Origin: Candidatus Saccharimonadota bacterium
GTDB taxonomy: Archaea; Nanobdellota; Nanobdellia; Pacearchaeales; GW2011-AR1
Direction: 5' to 3'
Assembly: GCA_026002795.1 (NCBI GenBank)
Contig: BPGA01000001.1
Location: forward strand, 30,001-62,000
Length of the DNA stretch: 32,000 nt
Numbering within the stretch: position 1 is the first letter of the stretch; every line of letters begins with the position of its first letter. Below are positions 16,278 to 24,232 of the stretch, one piece after another. A program made the position numbers and the translations under genes. The notes beneath the pieces were generated by a model. The model ran no database searches. It had not been told where the DNA came from and worked only from the letters and a program-made list of their open reading frames with translations.

Positions 16278-18776
16278 TTACCACCAAATCAAACCTTTAA
16301 TTAAATTAAAATCAATCTCGTCAAACCTAATCCTTTCACCACCTTCCAAAACAACAGCATTTTTCTCAATCTTTCTTATTGATTTTCCAGTTATGCAAGA
16401 GATTGTTTCTGCTAAATCTATGTTAGGATAAATCTTGTTAAAATCAATTTTGATTTTGTTGTTTTTATAATCTAATTCCATTGCTTCTAAAAACTTTAAA
16501 TCTTTCAGGAAGACATATTGCTGATAGATTGTTTTATCTGAGAAAACAACGAACGGATGGCTTTCTTTATAAACTGCTTTCTTTAAAGTCTGTTCGTATT
16601 GTTCTAAATCATAGTATTTGAAAAATCCACCTGCTTTTTTCTCATTGTATTTTTCTTTAACATCTTTTTCTTTTGAAATTCCAGATTTATCATAAGCTAA
16701 AACTTTTTTCATTCTTGGCAAAACCACCGTCCAAAAATGCTCTCCCATTTCAACTCCAATCCATTTTCTTTTAAGTTTATGTGCTACTGCTGTTGTTGTA
16801 CCTGAACCAAGGAAGAAATCCATAACTAAATCGCCTTCGTTGGAAGTTGATTCTATGACACGCTTTAAGAGGATTTCGGAGTTTTCGGTTGGAAAGTTCC
16901 AATCTTGAGTATACCCGGAATATCATTCCACCAATTTATATATCAAAAGATTCTCTTTTTATTTGTATATTCACACGCCACTCATCTTTTCCACATAGGG
17001 CCTGTTTTTCACTAATTCCTTCATAATGTTTATATCCCAATTTTTCAAACTACCTAAGTTCTTTTTTATTTATAAGATCATTGATTGTTTCTTGCGAAAA
17101 CCAACCCGTCTTGCTGTTGGTGGTAAAATTTTCTTTTCCAAAAAATTTCTAGCTTCATATTTTCCCTGAGTATCTGCATGAATGCCATAAATCTTCTTCA
17201 TTTCTTGTTTTCTCTATTCTCGGTGGATTTATTATAACTTTTCTTCTGAATTTTTAGAATAAAAATATAAGTTATCATAATCAACTGTAAAAGTTTTTGG
17301 TTCTTCAAAAGTCTGTTTTGTACCTCTCATCACAATCTCATTCCTAAAATTCTCCTCGTCAAAAATCTGATTCATTAATAACCTTACATACATGTTGCCG
17401 TTGTAGTCGCATCTAACAAAAATGCTTCCTGTATCTTTTAATAAATCTCTTGCCAAAGTTATTCTGTTTCCAAGTAGAGTTATCCAGGTTGAATCTTTGT
17501 ATTTGACATTATAAAGATAATCGGCATCTTGTTCTTTGTTAAACGGCGGATCAATGTAAATTGTCTGCACCTTCTCTTTGAATTTCGGCAGGATTGTCTT
17601 TAATGCTTGGTAATTTTCGCTATGGATTAGCCAACCATCTAATTCCTCATCTAAATTGTCAAACAAGGAAAGAATTTCCAATTTAATGTTTTCATCAAAA
17701 TATTTTGTGTCTATTGGTAAATGTTCATATTCCTTGCTAATCTCTTTCCCCCTAAGTGTTGTTGTGAATAACTTTTTTCTGTCAAAATCCTCTAAAATTC
17801 CTAACTCTCGCCATTCTTTAATCTGTTCAGAAAGACCATTGTGTTTTATTATTTCCTCTATCACCCTGATCCCGTCTTTTTTCTTAGCTATTCTATCCAA
17901 AGTAATAACATAATTGCTGTTTAAAACAAACTTTGGCTTGTTCCAGATTTTGACTAACTCGTCTTCGAATTGTGCAACAAAATCAATGACCTTGTAAGCA
18001 ATTTCCTTTAGCGCTTTCAATTCTTTCAATCTTTTCTCTGAAAAATCACTTTCATCATCAAACAAATAATTTTTCAACCATAAATCAAACTGTTCTTTTA
18101 AGAAAACTTCGGCATTTTTGTTAATGAAGAAGTCTACTTCGTTTTGCTTTTCAAAAATTCTGAATATTTTTGTTAATTTTTCTTCATCCAGGAAGATTTT
18201 TTTCTTTTTGAATGTTCTAAGAATCTCCTCTGTTTTTGTTTTTCTACCTCTTTCAGAATAAAAAACAATGAAAGTTATTTCTTTATCTTTAATGCTCTTT
18301 AATTCATAGATTATTTCTCTCTTCTCATTGCCTTTTTTATGCTCTAACTTAGAAACATCAAAATGTATTTTGTAATTAACTCCTTCAGCGTCAAAATCAA
18401 TTGTCAAATTATTCCATAGCTTATCTGTTTTGACATAATAAAGCATGTGGGTTTTCCAGAATAAAGCAACGTCCTTCTGGTTAGTATATACCCTTTCATA
18501 AACTTTAGATTTTAAAGGAGTATAACTAAAATAAATGCTTCCTGATTCAGAAAAATATGTTTTAAAGAAGCTGTAAAGCTTGTCAAATAATTCTTCTCTG
18601 AATTCTGGAAAATCTTTTGTTTTTTCTTCAATGTCCTTAACTAACTCTTTAAAAATTACATCAAAATAAGCTGATTTTATTCTCATTAAATTGATAAAAC
18701 CGGATTCTCCTTCTATTTTAGCACCTATGAAAATATCCTTCAACTTATCAAAAAATAATTTTTCTTTCTGATTCAT
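16278..18776 (-). pseudogene. Type III Mod-like adenine-specific DNA methyltransferase, disrupted
   Basis: The N-terminal ORF (17232-18776) carries 'IYIDPPFNKEQDADYLYNVKYKDSTW...FDEENFRNEIV'. The C-terminal ORF (16278-16823) starts inside motif I, 'DFFLGSGTT...WIGVEMGEHF'. The 16824-17231 segment still encodes recognisable Mod sequence ('KILPPTA', 'WFSQETINDLI', 'WWNDIPG', 'NFPTENSEILLKRVIESTSNEGDLVMDFFLGSGTT'), but only across three frames. It is interrupted by stops at 17232-34, 17229-31, 17214-16, 17050-52 and 16936-38. Confidence 0.85.
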
Positions 18777-19009
18777 TTTTCTTCAACTTCCTGATTTATG
18801 TATTCTTTCCATTCCGAACCAGCCTTTATATGATCAAAATGATTTTGTTTAGAGTTATTGAATATCAAATGACATCCAGAAGCGTGTATTTCTTCCGAAG
18901 TTAATGGAACATCTTTTTGCCAAATAAAGCTACCAGAAACAACCTTAATTATTCTCTTATACGTTGTTCCATTTATCTCAATATCTTCTTTTTTATACAT
19001 TTTACTCAT
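18773..19009 (-). CDS. Hypothetical small protein
   Basis: 78-aa ORF translationally coupled on both sides: an ATGA overlap with the Mod start and an 8-nt overlap with the upstream ORF. I recognise no motif. Confidence 0.45.
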   Translation of the reverse strand: MSKMYKKEDIEINGTTYKRIIKVVSGSFIWQKDVPLTSEEIHASGCHLIFNNSKQNHFDHIKAGSEWKEYINQEVEEK

Positions 19010-19253
19010 CTTTCTCCATTTCTTTAATAACCTGCTCAGGATTTTTTAACTTATAAACTCTTTTTCGGGCATCATTAGGATCTAGTTTCATCTCAAGCCA
19101 GCCATTCTGTCTTAACTCTGATAAAGCTATGCTAATCATTTTGTCTTTGTTTAGAGTCTTGAAAGCATCATTATGGCTAAACTCTTTGTCACCGAACTTA
19201 TTCCATAGAACAGAATAGCGATACATGATCCATTTAGGGAGTGGTTTGGTCAT
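19002..19253 (-). CDS. Small winged-helix-like putative DNA-binding protein
   Basis: The track start at 19259 is TTG; the first ATG is at 19253 (83 aa). 'ISIALSELRQNGWLEMKLDPNDARKRVYKLK' resembles the recognition helix plus wing of MarR/PadR-type wHTH proteins. It is the first gene of the Mod cluster, so it may be a controller. This is tentative. Confidence 0.45.
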   Translation of the reverse strand: MTKPLPKWIMYRYSVLWNKFGDKEFSHNDAFKTLNKDKMISIALSELRQNGWLEMKLDPNDARKRVYKLKNPEQVIKEMEKDE

Positions 19254-19383
19254 TTTCAATCACAATTATAATTAATATATCAATAGTATATAAATTTAAC
19301 GGTTAACCTATATATTCTACCACCGATATATTTATATATTAGTTATACTATAAATATAAATATTATATTAATAATTAAAGTAA

Positions 19384-19418
19384 CCAGAGGGTGTTGGTTT
19401 GCGGCCTCAACCCTCTGG
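19384..19418 (+). other. GC-rich imperfect hairpin in the 5' flank of the transposase remnant
   Basis: CCAGAGGGT (19384-19392) is the exact reverse complement of ACCCTCTGG (19410-19418), with a GC-rich 17-nt spacer. It sits in an otherwise almost pure-AT spacer, 18 nt before the transposase ATG. Confidence 0.5.
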
Positions 19419-19435
19419 AGTGGAGTTGACCTCGG

Positions 19436-20759
19436 ATGAAATCAGACCCCACTAATAAAAGTAAAGAGAAAGAACAATTTAAATCTATCGTTAAAGATAG
19501 TTCTGGTAGGTTTGCTAAAACTGAAAACCTAAACATTTTTTGTAGATTCTGTGGTTCTAAGAATGTTGTTAAGTTTGGTTATAACATTACAAAGAAAGGT
19601 AAGAAAGCAAGATACAAATGCAAGGATTGTAATGCTAAGTTCACTCCAACAACAAAGCTGATAAAACAGATCAAATTCAAGTCAAATCATAAGGATATTG
19701 AAAATACAAAGACCAAAGAATTGAGAAAATTATGCAAATTGATAAAGAGAACAATTTATCCTTTCTTGGATTTTAAGCTTCATTATACTGCTAAATATGA
19801 TACAAAGAAATTCTTGGATTTACTGACTCATGTAGCAATGAATCATGATTTCACTCATAATGGTTCTCAGACATTCAGGTTTGTAATGAAAGAAAATACA
19901 CCTGCTTCCAATACATTACTTTATCATATCAGGAAGTTTGATACTCGGGAATTAAAGAGATGCTTTTAGGAAAGCATTTGAAGAAATCTTTAGAACAGCA
20001 AAGAAACATAACGTTTTTAAGAAAAGAAAATTAGATGTTGCTGTTGATTTACACGATTGGCTTTATTATGGTAACAAAAATGACTTTATGGTCTGTGAAA
20101 CAAAGCCACAGAAAGGAACTTCTCATTGTTTTAGATTTGCTACTATAAACATAGTTGAGAATGGAAAAAGGTTTACTTTATTGGCTTTGCCAATGCATGC
20201 TTTTGACAATAAGCATGATGTTCTAAATAAATTGCTAAGTTATGCCAAAAGTAAAATCAATATAAGGAATGTATATGTTGACAGAGGTTTCTTTAATGTT
20301 AAATGTATAGAGGTTTTTGAAAAACAAAAAGTAAAATGGTTAATGCCTGCTGTCAGGAACAGAGCAATAAAGAAACTAATGAAAGAATATGATTCTCCTA
20401 AAGTATTAGATTATGTAATGTGAAGAAAGAATTTTGATCAAGTTAAATTCAAACTTGTTATTGTCAATGACCAAGATGATGTAAAAAGAGTATTTGCTAC
20501 AAATCTTAGAGTTACAGAAGATAATGCTAAAATTCTATTTAATGAATATGGCAAAAGATGGGGTATTGAAACTTCTTACAGAGTTAAGCAGGACTTTAAA
20601 GCAAGAACAACATCAAAGAGATATGTGGTTAGGTTCTTTTACTTTATGTTCTCCGCCTGTCTTTATAATCTTTGGATATTGGCTAACATTCTTGTCGGTT
20701 TAGCAATATTGAAGTTTATCCCAAAAGAGCATTCATTACAGCCAAGATGTTTGGAGTAA
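19436..20759 (+). mobile_element. Degenerate IS element: IS4-superfamily (ISH3-like) DDE transposase pseudogene; element ends not identified
   Basis: An N-terminal zinc ribbon 'CRFCGSKN...YKCKDCNAKF' is followed by the DDE motifs 'VAVDLHDWLYYG', 'VYVDRGFF' and 'YGKRWGIETSYRVKQDF'. These are readable only by joining frames: there is a frameshift within 19956-19969 and an in-frame TGA at 20421-20423. The final stop is at 20757-20759. Confidence 0.7.
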
Positions 20760-21040
20760 TGCTTTATACTCTCTGTTCTTACCTTAATCCTGGTGGTGGA
20801 TAACAGTTGCTTTATCGGATTCTGAATTAATTTTGTTAGTCGTAATTATTTCTAATTCTAGTATTTTTATTGAGATTTGGTCTGTTTTATAGGAAATTTG
20901 TTAAAATCTAATGTGTTCAAAGCAGATTTTCTTAAGATTTTAGAAAGAATTTATAACTCAAAAGCCAATAGATTTATCAACTTTGCCATCTACTGATAAA
21001 ACAAGAAATTTTAAAAACATAATAAGGTTTTTTAAAATAT

Positions 21041-21178
21041 CCCCGCATAGCTCAGTGGTTAGAGCGCTCGGCTGTAGATAGTCTAGGATAGAGATTCCAA
21101 AAAGGATGACTATGAAATCCGATAAGTCGAGAACTCGCAGAACCCGAGAGATCCCAGGTTCGAATCCTGGTGCGGGGA
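21041..21178 (+). tRNA. tRNA-Tyr (anticodon GUA) with a 65-nt intron at the canonical 37/38 position
   Basis: The manual cloverleaf has acceptor CCCCGCA/TGCGGGG (C1:G72, the archaeal Tyr identity pair), D arm GCTC-AGTGGTTA-GAGC, and anticodon stem CTCGG/CCGAG (21067-71 / 21144-48). The loop is CUGUAG|intron|C, the T arm is CCAGG-TTCGAAT-CCTGG, and the discriminator is A. The intron is 21078-21142. A 4-bp helix (CUGU / GCAG) is flanked by 3-nt bulges (AG|A and AA|C), consistent with a BHB-like splice motif. Confidence 0.85.
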
Positions 21179-21216
21179 TTTTATAATTGTTTATAAAAAA
21201 CATAATTAAAGGCTAT

Positions 21217-21600
21217 ATGAGAGAAAAAATTTATGTAGTTCCTATAATTGTAAGAAGTTTTGATGGAAGGATTTTGGTCGTTAAAAAAGAGGGTTCTTTA
21301 GAGTTGCCATTATGGGTTTTTGATTTTAAAGAAAATCCTGTAGATTTTTTAAAAAGAAGGTTAAATGAAGAGTTTTATGGTTCTTTTATAGTTAGATATT
21401 TTTTAGGTGAAAACTCTTCTATTATCGGTAAAGATAATTTAGAGAGGATTATTGCTTATAGGGTTGATTGTAAGACTCATGACGTCTACAATAAAAAAAG
21501 TTTTAATCTCTTTTATAGAGATTTTGTTTGGGCTGATCGCACGAACTTAATAAAACTTAGAGAGCTATTAAAAGAAGAAAGATTTTTGGAGTTTGTATAA
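21217..21600 (+). CDS. Hypothetical protein, possibly a degenerate Nudix-fold protein
   Basis: The track start at 21187 is TTG, only 9 nt after the tRNA, so the ATG at 21217 is preferred (127 aa). 'GRILVVKKEGSLELPLWVFDFKENPVDFLKRRLNEEFYG' loosely follows the Nudix box spacing (Gx5Ex7REUxEExGU), but key residues are missing. Confidence 0.4.
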   Translation: MREKIYVVPIIVRSFDGRILVVKKEGSLELPLWVFDFKENPVDFLKRRLNEEFYGSFIVRYFLGENSSIIGKDNLERIIAYRVDCKTHDVYNKKSFNLFYRDFVWADRTNLIKLRELLKEERFLEFV

Positions 21601-21673
21601 AGGAAGCATAGAAGAAAAGAAAGAAATATTTAAAAACCCCTAAGATATTTTAAAAAAATAAAAAGGGGTGAAG

Positions 21674-21757
21674 ATGTTTGAAGAAGATTTTGATGAAGAG
21701 CTAGAAGACGAGTTTGATGAAGAGCTAGAAAGTCTAGAATTAGATGATTTTGAATAA
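21674..21757 (+). CDS. Candidate 27-aa hyper-acidic micro-protein
   Basis: The ATG lies 5 nt after 'AGGGGTGA', a strong match to the anti-SD. The peptide is MFEEDFDEELEDEFDEELESLELDDFE: 17 of 27 residues are D/E, none is basic, and 'FDEELE' occurs twice. It is too short to support by statistics. Confidence 0.3.
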   Translation: MFEEDFDEELEDEFDEELESLELDDFE

Positions 21758-21849
21758 AAACCAAACATTAAATAAATCTGATTTGAATAATTTGAATAAA
21801 ACCGATTTAATAAAATAAGAAATATAAAATAATAAATAAAATCTTAATC

Positions 21850-22776
21850 TTAGCTTGTTTTTATATTTAAAATTATCTCGTTGTTTTCTTTAAAGAGTTC
21901 TTTTTCGTGGTAATCTATAGATATTTTAATCTTTTCAATGTTTTTTTGTAAAACAAAAATATTATTTATTTTTATTATTTTTCCAGCACCGATTTTAATT
22001 CCTTCTATTGAGGTTTCTTTGATTGGCTTTTCGTCTGCATAAATTATAACTTTTGTAGAGTTTGAATCGGCTAGACCTTGATTTTTTATTGTAAATTCCA
22101 CATTTAAATATCTGCCAGAGATAGATGCAAATGCTTCCTCTAGTGAAAGATCCGGAAGAGTTGGATAAGAGTAGAGTTCATTTATTAGTTTAGGAATTTC
22201 TTCTCCTATTTTTTGATTACAATTACTAATATTGTACATAATATTGTTCGGGTTATCAGAGTGATCAAATCCAAGAGCATGCAAAAGTTCGTGAAGAGCA
22301 ACATTTGGATCAGGACATTTTGACTCTCTAATTAAAGTTATTGCTCCTTGATAAATTACATTAAAATTGTCTGTTATCGTGATGTTAATTGGACCGCCTT
22401 CACCAGCAACAAAAAGATTTCCTGACTCAAATCTCCTCTGTCTTTCGCATGTTATGTAAATTTCTTCATTAGATGTAACAGGATAAAAGTTTAGAATTGT
22501 AAGATTTTCAATTATTTGAAATGCTCTTTCCATTTCGTCCTTTTTTTTAAGAGAACATCCTTCAATTCTGTATGAAATGTCTTTATTTCTATACCTAAGA
22601 TTGTCATAAAACTGCATTTTTGTATTGTTGCTCAAGCTAAAATTTGCTGATTTTTCTGTTTTTTGAGGAAGAAATTCAATAGTGCTAAAAGGAAAAAACC
22701 AGTAAAACCCTAAAAACAGGATTACTAAAATTAAAAAAATTGATAATGAAAGATCTTTAATAGTTTTTGTAGACAT
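21850..22776 (-). CDS. Membrane-anchored/secreted zinc metalloprotease (metzincin, matrixin-like) with a C-terminal CARDB-like domain
   Basis: The track start at 22779 is TTG; the ATG is at 22776. It has an N-terminal anchor 'LSLSIFLILVILFLGFYWFF' and the zinc site 'HELLHALGFDHS' (HExxHxxGxxH), followed by 'NNIMY' (Met-turn). The C-terminal 'LNVEFTIKNQGLADSNSTKVIIY' is a beta-sandwich-like repeat. Confidence 0.8.
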   Translation of the reverse strand: MSTKTIKDLSLSIFLILVILFLGFYWFFPFSTIEFLPQKTEKSANFSLSNNTKMQFYDNLRYRNKDISYRIEGCSLKKKDEMERAFQIIENLTILNFYPVTSNEEIYITCERQRRFESGNLFVAGEGGPINITITDNFNVIYQGAITLIRESKCPDPNVALHELLHALGFDHSDNPNNIMYNISNCNQKIGEEIPKLINELYSYPTLPDLSLEEAFASISGRYLNVEFTIKNQGLADSNSTKVIIYADEKPIKETSIEGIKIGAGKIIKINNIFVLQKNIEKIKISIDYHEKELFKENNEIILNIKTS

Positions 22777-22868
22777 CAAATAAAAAAATAAAAAGAGTAT
22801 TTAAAATTTAATAGAAAGAGCATTAGATTTAATAACGTTTTTATAGTTTATTTTTATGATTATTTAAT

Positions 22869-22940
22869 GGTGGATGTAGTTCAATGGTAGAACGCACGAC
22901 TGTGGCTCGTGAGACGTGGGTTCGATTCCCACCTTCCACC
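22869..22940 (+). tRNA. tRNA-His (anticodon GUG) with genomically encoded G-1
   Basis: The manual cloverleaf has G-1 plus acceptor GTGGATG/CTTCCAC (one T:T mismatch), D arm GTTC-AATGGTA-GAAC, and anticodon arm CACGA-CTGTGGC-TCGTG (GTG). The T arm is GTGGG-TTCGATT-CCCAC, and discriminator C73 can pair with G-1. Confidence 0.9.
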
Positions 22941-22972
22941 CTTTATATTTAATTAGTTAAAATATCTTAAAA

Positions 22973-24115
22973 ATGGAACTGGTTAAAGGTTTTAAAGATT
23001 TTACAGGAGAAGAAGCTGAAAAAAGAGAATTTATAAAAAAAATATTAGTTGAAACTTTTGAAGCTTATGGATTTGAACCAGCAGAGACGCCGATAATAGA
23101 GTATGAAAGTTTTGTTAAAGGAGAAAATCAGCAAGATGATGCTGTATCTGATATTTTTAAACTTCAAGACAAAGGTAAGAGAAATCTTGCTTTAAGATAC
23201 GAGTTCACTTTTCAGCTTAAAAGAATATCAAAAAATAAAAAACTTCCTTATAGAAGATATCAAATAGGAAAAGTTTTTAGAGATGAGCCCGTATCAAAGA
23301 ATAGATTAAGAGAGTTTACTCAGTGTGATGTTGATGTTGTTGGTTCGACAATAAAAGACGAAGCAGAAATTCTTGCTTTAACTAATGAAGTACTTGAAAA
23401 GTTAGGCATAAAGCCAATAATCCTTATAAGCAATAGAAGTTTGATGAATGAAATCCTAGATGATTTAAAAATAAATAAAAAATATAGAGAGGATGTTTTA
23501 AGAGAAATTGACAAATATGAAAAGTTAGGAGAAAAAAAATTAAAACAGAACTTGAAAAAGTATAAAGCTGAAAACCTCATTGATGCTATAAAACAAGGAG
23601 AAGAGTATTTTAAAAAATTTAATTCTTATAAAGAAATAATAAGTCTTATGGAATACTGTAAGCTTTTTAGCTTAAAAGTTTTTTTTTCTCCGACAATAGT
23701 TAGAGGTCTTTCTTATTATGTTGGAAATGTTTTTGAAATTAAATCAAAAGGAATTAAAGAAAGCATTGCAGCTGGAGGGAGTTATTTAATTAACAATAAA
23801 AAGTCAACAGGAATTTCTTTTGGGCTAGAGAGACTTTCTTTAATCTCAAAAATAAAGTTTGAAAAAGAAAAAATTCTTGTTGTTTCTCTTAACCAGGATA
23901 AAGAAGCAATAAAGCTTGCTCAAAAATTAAGAAAAAAAGGAAAGTTCGTTTCAATTTTTTACGGAAAGCCTAGCAAAGCCCTTCAGTATGCAAATTCTTA
24001 TTGTTTTACAAAAGCAATTTTTGTTGGTGAAAAAGAAATTAAATCTGGAAAGTTCAAAATTAAAGATTTAAAAACCGGAAAAGAAAGTGAATTTGAAACT
24101 GAATTTTCTTTGTGA
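22973..24115 (+). CDS. hisS: Histidine--tRNA ligase (class IIa aaRS), compact form
   Basis: 380-aa ORF with motif 2-like 'YQIGKVFRDEPVSKNRLREFTQCDVDVVG', HisA-like 'VRGLSYYVGNVFE' and motif 3 'GISFGLERL'. The C-terminal 'ILVVSL...AIKLAQKLRKKG...AIFVGEKEIKSGKFKIKDLKTG' is an anticodon-binding domain, which argues against HisZ. The gene lies 32 nt after tRNA-His. Confidence 0.8.
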   Translation: MELVKGFKDFTGEEAEKREFIKKILVETFEAYGFEPAETPIIEYESFVKGENQQDDAVSDIFKLQDKGKRNLALRYEFTFQLKRISKNKKLPYRRYQIGKVFRDEPVSKNRLREFTQCDVDVVGSTIKDEAEILALTNEVLEKLGIKPIILISNRSLMNEILDDLKINKKYREDVLREIDKYEKLGEKKLKQNLKKYKAENLIDAIKQGEEYFKKFNSYKEIISLMEYCKLFSLKVFFSPTIVRGLSYYVGNVFEIKSKGIKESIAAGGSYLINNKKSTGISFGLERLSLISKIKFEKEKILVVSLNQDKEAIKLAQKLRKKGKFVSIFYGKPSKALQYANSYCFTKAIFVGEKEIKSGKFKIKDLKTGKESEFETEFSL

Positions 24116-24232
24116 TTTTTTATCTTTTTAAATTTAAAGTTTTTGTTTTTTTGTTATTTTAAAGTGAAAAATAAAAAAGTTTAAAAACTCTAAAATATAT
24201 AAAAACCTATAAAAAGTTTTAAATTAATTAAA

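Noticed and set aside
17656-17913. 85-aa plus-strand ORF inside the Mod N-terminal fragment
   Set aside because: It is an antisense shadow ORF with no motif.
19301-19308. GGTTAACC palindrome upstream of the wHTH gene as a controller-protein operator
   Set aside because: An 8-bp palindrome is expected many times by chance in 32 kb, and there is no second copy or extended dyad.
20421-20423. In-frame TGA in the transposase as evidence of stop-codon reassignment
   Set aside because: Other well-supported genes in the window terminate at TGA at sensible positions (e.g. 2658-2660, 24113-24115, and the ATGA-overlap stops at 9778, 10626 and 14067). TGA is therefore a stop here, and the transposase is simply broken.
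20494-20703. 69-aa ORF from the track within the IS
   Set aside because: It is in the wrong frame. The frame carrying 'YGKRWGIETSYRVKQDF' (the transposase E-motif) runs through the same bases and is the biologically meaningful one.
21078-21142. C/D-box sRNA embedded in the tRNA-Tyr intron, as known for some archaeal tRNA introns
   Set aside because: I could not find a convincing C box (RUGAUGA) or any D box (CUGA) in the 65-nt intron.
20958-21203. 81-aa minus-strand ORF
   Set aside because: It is built from the reverse complement of tRNA-Tyr (21041-21178) and is therefore an artefact.
23320-23580. 86-aa minus-strand ORF inside hisS
   Set aside because: It is an antisense shadow ORF and is low-complexity.
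22973-24115. Alternative call as HisZ (ATP-PRT regulatory subunit) because of the short length and the missing GGRYD Arg
   Set aside because: A C-terminal anticodon-binding-like domain is present and tRNA-His is adjacent. No histidine-biosynthesis genes are nearby. HisRS is therefore the better call, though it is unverified.
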